The notes under the pieces were generated by a model, which did no database searches, was not told where the DNA came from, and saw only the letters and a program-made list of their open reading frames with translations. From an uncultured virus (IMG/VR IMGVR_UViG_3300025832_000005) (taxonomy: Duplodnaviria > Heunggongvirae > Uroviricota > Caudoviricetes): a DNA stretch of 64,000 nucleotides. This document shows, piece after piece, positions 56,953-64,000 of the stretch (position 1 is its first letter; each line of letters starts with the position of its first letter). The translations under genes were made by a program, and so were the position numbers. The stretch spans positions 1 to 64,000 of the IMG/VR virus record IMGVR_UViG_3300025832_000005. One strand, written 5' to 3'.

Positions 56953-57052
56953 TCTGGGGTGGTGAAAGTGGTAGACACGCACGACTGTTTATCGTGTGGT
57001 AGATGTTCGCAAAATATTTATCGTGTAGGTTCGAATCCTACCCCCAGAGCCA
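56953..57052 (+). tRNA. tRNA with GTT (Asn) anticodon and long variable arm
   Basis: Acceptor TCTGGGG/CCCCAGA, G73, CCA; D arm GTG..GGTAGA.CAC; anticodon arm CACGA-CTGTTTA-TCGTG; ~25-nt variable arm; T arm GTAGG-TTCGAAT-CCTAC. Confidence 0.9.
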
Positions 57053-57053
57053 A

Positions 57054-57272
57054 TTACCACTTAGTGGCTAATGTCTTTTTAAGTTGTTTTTGACTTCTAA
57101 CTGCGCTTAGACAACTTAGTATTCTATTTTGTTTTCCATGTGGGAGTTGGTAATGGTTTTTTGATTTCCAAGTTTTTGCTTTTTCAGCTTCTTTACTAAA
57201 CTCAGTTAGTAATAAATCTTCCATAAATGTTAGTTCATCTTCAGTTAGCTCTGTTATTCTATTGGCTACCAT
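57054..57272 (-). CDS. Hypothetical protein
   Basis: ATG at 57272 with GGAG RBS (MVANRITEL...). Confidence 0.55.
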   Translation of the reverse strand: MVANRITELTEDELTFMEDLLLTEFSKEAEKAKTWKSKNHYQLPHGKQNRILSCLSAVRSQKQLKKTLATKW

Positions 57273-57459
57273 ATTGCTGCTCCCACGCTTGGGTAAAGCC
57301 TTCTTCATGAAGGTAGTTCTCGTTGTTATTCCAAAGTCTTTGAAAATATGAATGATAAATTCTTTCAACTGTGGAGTCTGATTCGGACGAGTCAATAAGT
57401 TGACCTTTAATCATCCAGTTTAGTCTATTAGCTTCTTTACGCAATTCTGGTGAACACAT
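57259..57459 (-). CDS. Conserved small phage protein
   Basis: AGGAG RBS; EANRLNW.IKG.LI...Y.SYF.RLW.N.E. Confidence 0.65.
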   Translation of the reverse strand: MCSPELRKEANRLNWMIKGQLIDSSESDSTVERIYHSYFQRLWNNNENYLHEEGFTQAWEQQYGSQ

Positions 57460-57517
57460 ATGTATCTCCTTGCCACATCGTATTTACACATTTGTGTTGA
57501 CGCTGGCGCTAACATAA

Positions 57518-58072
57518 TTACATATTTGGTATTTTTAAAATATTATTAGTCAATTGTGTGGCACTTAGTTCAATACTGCGTTCCCACTGATTACTTGGCA
57601 TTGTTTGCCACATTAACTGATCAGTATAGTCTATTGACATCCAAGTACCAATGCCATTTGTACGGCTGCCAAGTATTTCGCTTTCTAGTTGTCCTGCTCC
57701 CCATGAACTTCTACCAACAATTACTCTCCAGTATTCAGGAAATTGTCCAATGTTCATTACGTTGACAATACTCTTGTCTTTTGTGATGCTTAGTGTATCA
57801 TTAAGTTTTCTTGTACTAGGTAATTTTAAATCATTACTGTGTATAACAACAGCATTGTTTACGTCTACTGGACCACCAAAGTATAATGGTATGTCACGAG
57901 TAAGATTCATACCTTTGCGTAAACGTTGTGTTATTTTATCATCTAATTGTTTATTAACTATCCAACCAGACGCTCCATCGCCAGTGTGCTTATTCATAAG
58001 AACAACACTGCGATTAAATGTTCCAGTATTTACAGCTGGAATGCTGATTAAAAAATCACCTGATAAGTTCAT
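57518..58072 (-). CDS. YqgE/AlgH (DUF179) family protein
   Basis: F.RSVV...H...GA.G.IVN, YFGGPV, G.SSWGAGQLESE. Confidence 0.88.
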   Translation of the reverse strand: MNLSGDFLISIPAVNTGTFNRSVVLMNKHTGDGASGWIVNKQLDDKITQRLRKGMNLTRDIPLYFGGPVDVNNAVVIHSNDLKLPSTRKLNDTLSITKDKSIVNVMNIGQFPEYWRVIVGRSSWGAGQLESEILGSRTNGIGTWMSIDYTDQLMWQTMPSNQWERSIELSATQLTNNILKIPNM

Positions 58073-58287
58073 TTATATTCCATCTCAGTAATAATATCAG
58101 TACCTTCTTTATCATTCGCAATGCCCAATGCCATTGCTTGTATATCATCTATAATATTTTGACAAGCTGCTTTGTCATAATCTTTATATGATATTTCACT
58201 AAACTCATTACGAACTCGATGTAACAGAATAGCTTTGTCTTTCATTACTTCAAGTCTTCTTAGAAGATCCTCAATAGAATGTTGCAT
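58069..58287 (-). CDS. Hypothetical protein
   Basis: GGAGG RBS, ATGA coupling. Confidence 0.6.
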   Translation of the reverse strand: MQHSIEDLLRRLEVMKDKAILLHRVRNEFSEISYKDYDKAACQNIIDDIQAMALGIANDKEGTDIITEMEYK

Positions 58288-58442
58288 ATAGCCTCCGTGT
58301 GTTAACTATATTTATAGCACTGATAGTTAATTAGTCAAGAAAAAAGCACCTTGTGGTGCTTTACTCTGTTGTACTGCGGCTTACTTACCGCCTTTTTTCT
58401 TCTCGCCTTTTGGCTTTGTGTATGTGTGATCTGGATCTAACA

Positions 58443-58577
58443 TTAACTTGTTTTATACATGTTATGTTTAAACTCTGAGATTTCATTGGCTTTATCATTC
58501 ATACCCATGTCTCGTAGTTGCTTGATACTCATACAGTAACTTCTGTATTCCATTAGTTTCATAAATCTTGTAAACAT
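58443..58577 (-). CDS. Small protein (44 aa, not in ORF track)
   Basis: MFTRFMKLMEYRSYCMSIKQLRDMG...; GAGG RBS; TAATG-coupled to a 20-aa Lys-rich ORF 58381..58443. Confidence 0.55.
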   Translation of the reverse strand: MFTRFMKLMEYRSYCMSIKQLRDMGMNDKANEISEFKHNMYKTS

Positions 58578-58593
58578 ATTATATTCCTCTTTG

Positions 58594-58815
58594 TTACATC
58601 TTTTTGCAGTCGAAGTAAGACTTTTCTAATTGTACTGGCACACCGCCTTTTGCGATACATACTTCTTTCCAGTTTGGTTCGTTAAATTTTTGAATAACAG
58701 CATAGAAACCAAAAGCTATACATATTACCATAAGTGAAGTCATAATTACAAACATATAGAAACCTAACTTCTGCACTACCTGTGCTGATATTTCAATGTG
58801 CTGATCACCTACCAT
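58594..58815 (-). CDS. Small membrane protein with C-terminal Cys pair
   Basis: TM helix, C..KGG.......DC; TAATG-coupled to atpE. Confidence 0.6.
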   Translation of the reverse strand: MVGDQHIEISAQVVQKLGFYMFVIMTSLMVICIAFGFYAVIQKFNEPNWKEVCIAKGGVPVQLEKSYFDCKKM

Positions 58816-59036
58816 TAGACAGCAAACATTAATAGCAGTGCTACTAAGAATGCAAATATTCCTAATGCTTCCGCAAATGCTACACCAACAAACATTGTGC
58901 CTGTGTCACTTTTCTTAGGCATTACTTTAAGTACACTACCTACAATCATTCCAACACCAATGGCTGCTCCGCCCATTCCAATTGTTGCTAACCCTGCGCC
59001 AATCATTGCGCCAAACGTTGCTATATCACCAGTCAT
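58815..59036 (-). CDS. atpE: F0 ATP synthase subunit c, variant polar loop
   Basis: [18 protein letters not shown] glycine motif; FAEALGIF proton-binding Glu; ALLLMFAV end; no R(N/Q)P loop. Confidence 0.88.
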   Translation of the reverse strand: MTGDIATFGAMIGAGLATIGMGGAAIGVGMIVGSVLKVMPKKSDTGTMFVGVAFAEALGIFAFLVALLLMFAV

Positions 59037-59233
59037 TAATTATTCTCCGTCATTAATCTTCTTGCTTCTTCTACATACCCTTGACGGTATAATTCACTTG
59101 CTGCTCTTGCTCTTCCAGCTGACTCACCAAATGCCCATAAAAACATTCCAGTTGCTACAATTGCTTTTGAAAGAATGGCACATGTTTTACATGTAATTCC
59201 CCATGTGTTTGATTTCATTGTTGCTACAGTCAT
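59036..59233 (-). CDS. Small hypothetical protein
   Basis: [23 protein letters not shown] coupling. Confidence 0.65.
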   Translation of the reverse strand: MTVATMKSNTWGITCKTCAILSKAIVATGMFLWAFGESAGRARAASELYRQGYVEEARRLMTENN

Positions 59234-59490
59234 TATATAGATCCTCTCAAGTTTTCGTTAACTTCGATACCACGTTTGATTGTTCTATCACCACGTGCAA
59301 TGTTTCTAATGTCGCCACGGCAAATGCCGATGTCGTTTAGTTCATAGTCGTTTAACTTGCTAAGTTCTTTATAAGTTTGTTTGTATGATGCTTTACGTTC
59401 TGCACGTAGTTTCATTGCTCTACGTAAGTCATTGAATCCTTCGATTGCATCTTGAATCCAACTTGACGCTTCTATTACATAATGTGCCAT
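59233..59490 (-). CDS. DUF1127 (YjiS-like) small protein
   Basis: T.KELSKLNDYELNDIGICRGDI. Confidence 0.85.
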   Translation of the reverse strand: MAHYVIEASSWIQDAIEGFNDLRRAMKLRAERKASYKQTYKELSKLNDYELNDIGICRGDIRNIARGDRTIKRGIEVNENLRGSI

Positions 59491-59669
59491 TAGAGATGTA
59501 CTCCCATGTTAGGTGCTGAACCTGAATGATCTAGCATATATTGATAAGCAAACTGCCAATCTTTTCCGTATTCTGTTTTTGCGTATGTAAGCATCTCTTT
59601 TTCGAACTTCCGTGTTGGAAGTGGATTTCCAAGTAAACTTACAAGACCGTTGAATGTGTCGTTAAACAT
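59490..59669 (-). CDS. Small protein (59 aa, not in ORF track)
   Basis: MFNDTFNGL...YAKTEYGKDWQFAY.YM...; AAGGA RBS; TAATG coupling. Confidence 0.65.
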   Translation of the reverse strand: MFNDTFNGLVSLLGNPLPTRKFEKEMLTYAKTEYGKDWQFAYQYMLDHSGSAPNMGVHL

Positions 59670-59867
59670 TTTGTTTTTCCTTGATTAAGTTTTAAAATGC
59701 TTGAGGAAAGCAATACCCCCCGTCTTTTCAGGGTGTCATTTCATAAAAAAAGTGTAAACACTATTTTGTGTTCACACTTATATTTAACATGGATTTCAGT
59801 GATTTACTACTGCATTTTGCGTAGACTCGATATGCGTTTAACGCAACTGTGCGTTATTGCGCAGCTA

Positions 59868-61016
59868 CTATAACTTGGTGGTAGTAGACTCATACGTTTT
59901 ATTAAACTGGTTGTTTACACGAATAAATGTTGTACATTTACTCAGTTGCTTTAGTGTATTGGCACCAACGTATGTACATGTACTGCGAACGCCGCCCAGA
60001 ATGTTTTGCACAGTTCTAGCAATTTCACCACGATAAGGCACAAGCACTTCACGTCCTTCACTTGAACGATACTCTTTAAGTCCGCCAAAGTGTTTAGTGT
60101 TTGCCGCATCACTGCTCATTCCGTAGAACTTTATGAATTGTTTTTCTTCTACTTTATGTACACAATTGGCCAAATGCTCGCCAACTTGATATTCTAGTTC
60201 ACTAGTTTCATAGTATCGGGTAATTACGTCACCACCACCTTCATCGTGTCCAGCAAGCATACCGCCTAGCATTACAAAGTCGGCCCCGCCCGCAAAAGCC
60301 TTAGCAATATCGCCAGGACAGGTACACCCACCGTCAGCAATAATATGACCACCAAGGCCATGAGCGGCATCAGCGCACTCAATAACGGCACTGAGCTGTG
60401 GATATCCCACACCAGTTTGAATACGAGTGGTACATACACTACCTGGTCCAATACCAACTTTAACTATGTCTGCTCCATTTAGTATTAACTCTTGCGTTTG
60501 ATCTGCCGTAACCACATTACCAGCAATAATTACTACTTTAGGAAAGCGGAATTTAAATTCTCCCACAAACTCCACAAAACGTTGACTGTATCCGTTTGCC
60601 ACATCAATACAAACGTATTTTAAATTTTCTTTACATACTGTATAAACTTTTTCAAATTTGTTTAAGTCACGATCCTGAATACCAATACTCATAGCAACAT
60701 AGTCACTACGCTCAGGTAAATCAGATGTAAAGTATTTGATTAAATCTTGTTCACTATATGTTTTAACTAGACATGTAAAGATGTTGCCTTCAGCAAGTTT
60801 GTCTGCCATTTCAAATGTACCAACACCATCCATGTTGCTTGCCATAATTGGAACACCTTTCCAATCATATTCTCCAGACATAATGTCTTGTTTGTTATAA
60901 TTACGGAATGTAAATTCACGTTCTAAGTTTACTTCTTTGCGTGAGCCTAATGTGCTACGCTTTGGACGAATCAAGACATCGCTGTAGTCCAACAGTACTT
61001 CATTTTCAATTCTCAT
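59868..61016 (-). CDS. guaC: GMP reductase
   Basis: [60 protein letters not shown]. Confidence 0.93.
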   Translation of the reverse strand: MRIENEVLLDYSDVLIRPKRSTLGSRKEVNLEREFTFRNYNKQDIMSGEYDWKGVPIMASNMDGVGTFEMADKLAEGNIFTCLVKTYSEQDLIKYFTSDLPERSDYVAMSIGIQDRDLNKFEKVYTVCKENLKYVCIDVANGYSQRFVEFVGEFKFRFPKVVIIAGNVVTADQTQELILNGADIVKVGIGPGSVCTTRIQTGVGYPQLSAVIECADAAHGLGGHIIADGGCTCPGDIAKAFAGGADFVMLGGMLAGHDEGGGDVITRYYETSELEYQVGEHLANCVHKVEEKQFIKFYGMSSDAANTKHFGGLKEYRSSEGREVLVPYRGEIARTVQNILGGVRSTCTYVGANTLKQLSKCTTFIRVNNQFNKTYESTTTKL

Positions 61017-61017
61017 A

Positions 61018-61317
61018 TTATTCTTCCTCTACTTTAAGAGTTAATGGAAACCCAGCACTACGACTAATAGTTGTAGCTTCATGTGATTTCTGTTCAGCAA
61101 CTTCATAATTAAAAATACCCGCAATACCTGAACCTGTATTGTGTACTGCTAGTGTAATTTGATGAGCTTCAGATTCTGATTTATTAAAAATACCAATAAG
61201 AATTTCTATAACAAAATCCATTGGAGTTAGATCATCATTTAGTAAAATAACTTTGTATTTTTTTGGATGTGCGAAAATCCATGATGTGTCGATCTTAGAT
61301 GCTAGTTCTGTACTCAT
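61018..61317 (-). CDS. clpS: ATP-dependent Clp protease adaptor ClpS
   Basis: [26 protein letters not shown]. Confidence 0.92.
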   Translation of the reverse strand: MSTELASKIDTSWIFAHPKKYKVILLNDDLTPMDFVIEILIGIFNKSESEAHQITLAVHNTGSGIAGIFNYEVAEQKSHEATTISRSAGFPLTLKVEEE

Positions 61318-61338
61318 TGCTTTACCTAATTGTTATGT

Positions 61339-61358
61339 GGGGCGGCGTTAACCGCCCC
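61339..61358. terminator. GC-rich hairpin after hsp20
   Basis: GGGGCGG-cgttaa-CCGCCCC; weak U-tail. Confidence 0.5.
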
Positions 61359-61371
61359 TAGTGTTATAGTT

Positions 61372-61806
61372 TTATACTGCTGAAATTTCTATTTTTCTGG
61401 GTTTCTTTTCTTCTGGAATGATACGTTCAAGCTCTACATATAGCATGCCGTTCTCCATCCTCGCACCCTGTACCACTACATCATCAGCGAGTGTAAAACT
61501 GCGCTTAAATTTACGTTGCGCAATTCCACGATGTACCCAGCGTACTGATTCATTTGGTTCAACTTCAACCGGGTCATGTGTAATAGTTAATTCACCATCT
61601 GCGACTTCAATATCTATATCATCCATACGTACACCAGCTAATGCCATCTCAATTTGGAAACGGTTTTTCTCTTGTACAATATTGTATGGTGGGTACCCAG
61701 CATTTTGTGGATGTTCAGTGTACTTAAACATGTCGTTAAACATTCGTTCTAAGCCAACACTGTGAGGGGTAAGTTTATTCAAGTCAATCGTTGTTAATCT
61801 ATTCAT
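61372..61806 (-). CDS. Small heat-shock protein (Hsp20/IbpA family)
   Basis: YPPYNI, IEMALAG, HRGIAQRKF.RSF.LA, A.MENGML...L....PEEKKPRKI.I. Confidence 0.95.
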   Translation of the reverse strand: MNRLTTIDLNKLTPHSVGLERMFNDMFKYTEHPQNAGYPPYNIVQEKNRFQIEMALAGVRMDDIDIEVADGELTITHDPVEVEPNESVRWVHRGIAQRKFKRSFTLADDVVVQGARMENGMLYVELERIIPEEKKPRKIEISAV

Positions 61807-61865
61807 CTTATATCTCCTTTATTAAGCAAGATGTATTTTGTGGACCCATAATTGGCATCCACAGT
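61807..61865 (-). promoter_or_regulatory. ROSE-like RNA thermometer leader of hsp20
   Basis: UCUUGCU-uaaua-AAGGAGA hairpin with bulged G opposite SD; upstream GUGGA/UCCAC hairpin; ATAAATA promoter just upstream. Confidence 0.6.
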
Positions 61866-62028
61866 TATTTATGTGTCGGTAGGCTAACTATCGCCCACCA
61901 CGTGCTTATTTCGTAGCAACCCGTAGTTCTGTATATGTATTTCTTATCTTGCTCACTTGACGACTAGCGCATTGAGTGGCATTTCTTATCGTAATACTAA
62001 TATAGTACATACGGTACTGATTGTCAAG

Positions 62029-62277
62029 CTATCTATTGGAGTTTTTTTGTTGTTCTTTTAGCCAGCGTTTACGTGCCGCTGCTTTAGCCTTTTTACGCTT
62101 TAGACTTGGCTTCTCAAAATATTCACGGTCACGAAGCTCTTTAAGCAAGCCTTCATTGTTTACCATTTTCTTTAGTTTACGTAGCGCACGAGCTATGTCG
62201 TTATTGTGTACGTCTACTTGTAGTCCTCTATTTTCTTTTTGTTCTCGTCTTCTTGGTTTTCTATTATCTCTATCCAT
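62029..62277 (-). CDS. rpsU: Ribosomal protein bS21
   Basis: V.V.NNDI..ALRKLKK.....G...EL..R.YFEKPS..RK. Confidence 0.9.
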   Translation of the reverse strand: MDRDNRKPRRREQKENRGLQVDVHNNDIARALRKLKKMVNNEGLLKELRDREYFEKPSLKRKKAKAAARKRWLKEQQKNSNR

Positions 62278-62803
62278 TTTTTCCTCGTTTTAATATTCCT
62301 ATTAGCCGATTACCATTTAAACTAGGCTTTGAATCCCATTCAACTTCCTCAAGTGTATCTACTACACGAGCAAGTATCTCAAATCCTACCTGTTTATTTG
62401 CGTTTTCTCGGCCTCTAAAACGCACCATTAGTTTTACTTTATTTCCTTTACTAAGGAATTTTTCAATATTTTTTAGTTTAGTGTCAAAATCATGATCACC
62501 AATATTAGGTTTAAACTGTATCTCTTTTACTTCAATACGGCTTTCACGTTGCCGTTTGGCTAGATCTTTTTCACGCCGCTTTTGTTCGTAGAGATATTTA
62601 TTAGCATCTAAAATCTTAGCGATAGGAGGTTTGGCAGATTCAGTTATTACTACTAAATCTAATCCTCTACTCTCAGCAATTTTTAGTGCTTTTGACTTAT
62701 GCATAACTCCAAGTTGACCTTGATCGTCAACTACTCTTAACTCACTGTAACGTATTTGTCCGTTAATAGGTGTTTTAGGTTCTGGTTTGCTAAATTTTTT
62801 CAT
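62270..62803 (-). CDS. infC: Translation initiation factor IF-3
   Basis: INGQIR...LRVV...G.LG, LDLV.I.....PP.AKI.D..KY.YE, KEIQF.P.I..HD...K, G.KVK....FRGRE. Confidence 0.93.
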   Translation of the reverse strand: MKKFSKPEPKTPINGQIRYSELRVVDDQGQLGVMHKSKALKIAESRGLDLVVITESAKPPIAKILDANKYLYEQKRREKDLAKRQRESRIEVKEIQFKPNIGDHDFDTKLKNIEKFLSKGNKVKLMVRFRGRENANKQVGFEILARVVDTLEEVEWDSKPSLNGNRLIGILKRGKNG

Positions 62804-62841
62804 TTGGGCCTATATATTGTTTGGTAATCATACTTTCTCCT

Positions 62842-63258
62842 TTATATGTATTCATTTGTAATCATCATCATATATTCATCAGTATCACTATATACTGTAT
62901 ATTCTTTCCGTATATTAAATAGTTTTAATATATCAGACTGACGATCTTCTTTACTAAAGTAAATTGTGTTAGATTCGTTTAGTATACTTGCTACTAATTC
63001 AGTTTGTGTAACAGTGTCCAAATCTACAAAAACATTGTCACTAAGTCTCATTGTACTAATTAGCCAGGCTATGTTGTTATCATTAATTGGTCCATTAGCA
63101 TTATAAATTACAACAGGTACACTTTTGTACATTGCTTCATGTACTCGTTCAATGTCATCTAAAAATTTACTATTATTAGATAAAACTGTGACAACTGGAC
63201 CAGCATCTAATAACTTCATGTCTGGCGGTGATATGTGGTATATACTGTTTTCCCTCAT
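62842..63258 (-). CDS. Hypothetical protein
   Basis: 138-aa ORF, ISPPD motif. Confidence 0.6.
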   Translation of the reverse strand: MRENSIYHISPPDMKLLDAGPVVTVLSNNSKFLDDIERVHEAMYKSVPVVIYNANGPINDNNIAWLISTMRLSDNVFVDLDTVTQTELVASILNESNTIYFSKEDRQSDILKLFNIRKEYTVYSDTDEYMMMITNEYI

Positions 63259-63264
63259 TGGGGT

Positions 63265-64000
63265 TTACTCATCCTCTTTATATGGTTTAGGTGGAGCCAA
63301 CTTTCCATCATAATCATCAGGCCATATGACAGTTCTTGCGTTACGTTCACTAGGGCTTAATTTACTTGTTGGTCTTGTATCAGTATACGGGTCATATAGC
63401 GGTTTGTCAACCTTTTTATTATCTGGCTTAGGTTTAACAACTTTTGCCATAGGAGTCTTTACTGTGTTGTTAGTAACTTCTTGTAATTCTGGTAGTATGC
63501 TTTCCTGCTTTTCTTCCACTATTGGTTCAACTACAGGCTTAGGCTTTTTTACTGGTGGCGGATCTCTTGGCGGCAATCCTCGATCTGCTCTACGCCATTC
63601 AAATATATACTGTGCTGCAATTAGTAGTGCAACTGCTAATGGATCAAACACAAATATAATAATGAGTATTACCCAACGTACTGCATCTTCTAGTGTAGTG
63701 CGATCAGCATCCTCGTATATAAACTCTGCCAAATACTTAACAGGTCCTACTTCTGCTTCTAGCTTTCTAGCTTCTGCTTGTAGCGCAAACTTTTCATTTG
63801 TAATACGGTCAATATTATCGTTTGCTGTTTTAATTCTAGCTAACTGTGCGTCAGTTAATGTATCTAAATCTACATCATCGCCTATCTGAATTTCAGCACG
63901 TAATCTTTCAATAACACTTTGTGACTGTAAAATCTCTGCTTCTGCTAGTTCACGTAGTCTAGCCATTTCTGCTTGCGCATTTTCAATTTTACGATCTGGT
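63265..64000 (-). CDS. Coiled-coil membrane protein (partial, 5' end outside window)
   Basis: LEAEVGPVKYLAE...AVRWVI..IIFVFDPLA..L..A; frame open to window end. Confidence 0.7.
   Translation of the reverse strand, partial: PDRKIENAQAEMARLRELAEAEILQSQSVIERLRAEIQIGDDVDLDTLTDAQLARIKTANDNIDRITNEKFALQAEARKLEAEVGPVKYLAEFIYEDADRTTLEDAVRWVILIIIFVFDPLAVALLIAAQYIFEWRRADRGLPPRDPPPVKKPKPVVEPIVEEKQESILPELQEVTNNTVKTPMAKVVKPKPDNKKVDKPLYDPYTDTRPTSKLSPSERNARTVIWPDDYDGKLAPPKPYKEDE

Noticed and set aside
590..63889. Many plus-strand ORFs antisense to recognised genes (e.g. 9048..9611, 24751..25278, 57651..58091, 63326..63889)
   Set aside because: Shadow ORFs: fully antisense to well-supported genes, no RBS, Ser/Leu/Pro-rich composition.
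1..64000. Bacterial chromosome or prophage origin, given many host-like genes
   Set aside because: Host-like genes are isolated from their normal operons and mixed with T4-like clamp loader, spanin, tail-fibre and homing endonuclease genes and late promoters; no integrase or rRNA seen.
1..64000. Alternative genetic code (stop-codon reassignment)
   Set aside because: Known genes are full length under code 11 and end in TAA, TAG or TGA; no suppressor tRNA found.

Overview
64-kb segment of a large (jumbo-type) tailed dsDNA phage genome. It is AT-rich, densely coded and mostly on the minus strand, with sigma70-type TTGACA-N17-TATAnT early promoters and T4-like ATAAATA late promoters. The host is very probably a marine alphaproteobacterium of the Rhodobacteraceae/Roseobacter group, judged from the two-piece permuted tmRNA (tag ANANRAPEMALAA), a Rhodobacter-like ATP synthase c subunit, an alphaproteobacterial porin, FdxA and a DUF1127 protein. 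The window carries virion/tail-fibre genes, spanins, a clamp loader, a DnaE fragment and UvsE. It also carries a large host-takeover kit: ClpA/ClpP/ClpS, DnaJ, Hsp20, GroES-like, IF3, bS21, tmRNA, a purine-salvage cassette, PRPP synthase, GuaC, class I aldolase, Fe-S genes, QueD, a PcyX-like bilin reductase and an alarmone hydrolase. A curli CsgF/CsgG/curlin + FecR + CHASE2-adenylate cyclase cassette is present. The best candidate for an undescribed system is a class IIb (Asn/Asp-type) synthetase with no anticodon-binding domain, encoded 7 nt upstream of an atypical 100-nt tRNA that has an Asn anticodon, a Leu/Ser-like long variable arm and U37; the two may form a self-contained orthogonal aaRS/tRNA pair. 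Other highlights: an F0 c subunit lacking the F1-coupling loop, a palindromic operator conserved inside early-promoter spacers, a homing endonuclease that left a duplicated 3' gene end, and several structured leaders. All product calls come from motif recognition by eye; no database search was run.
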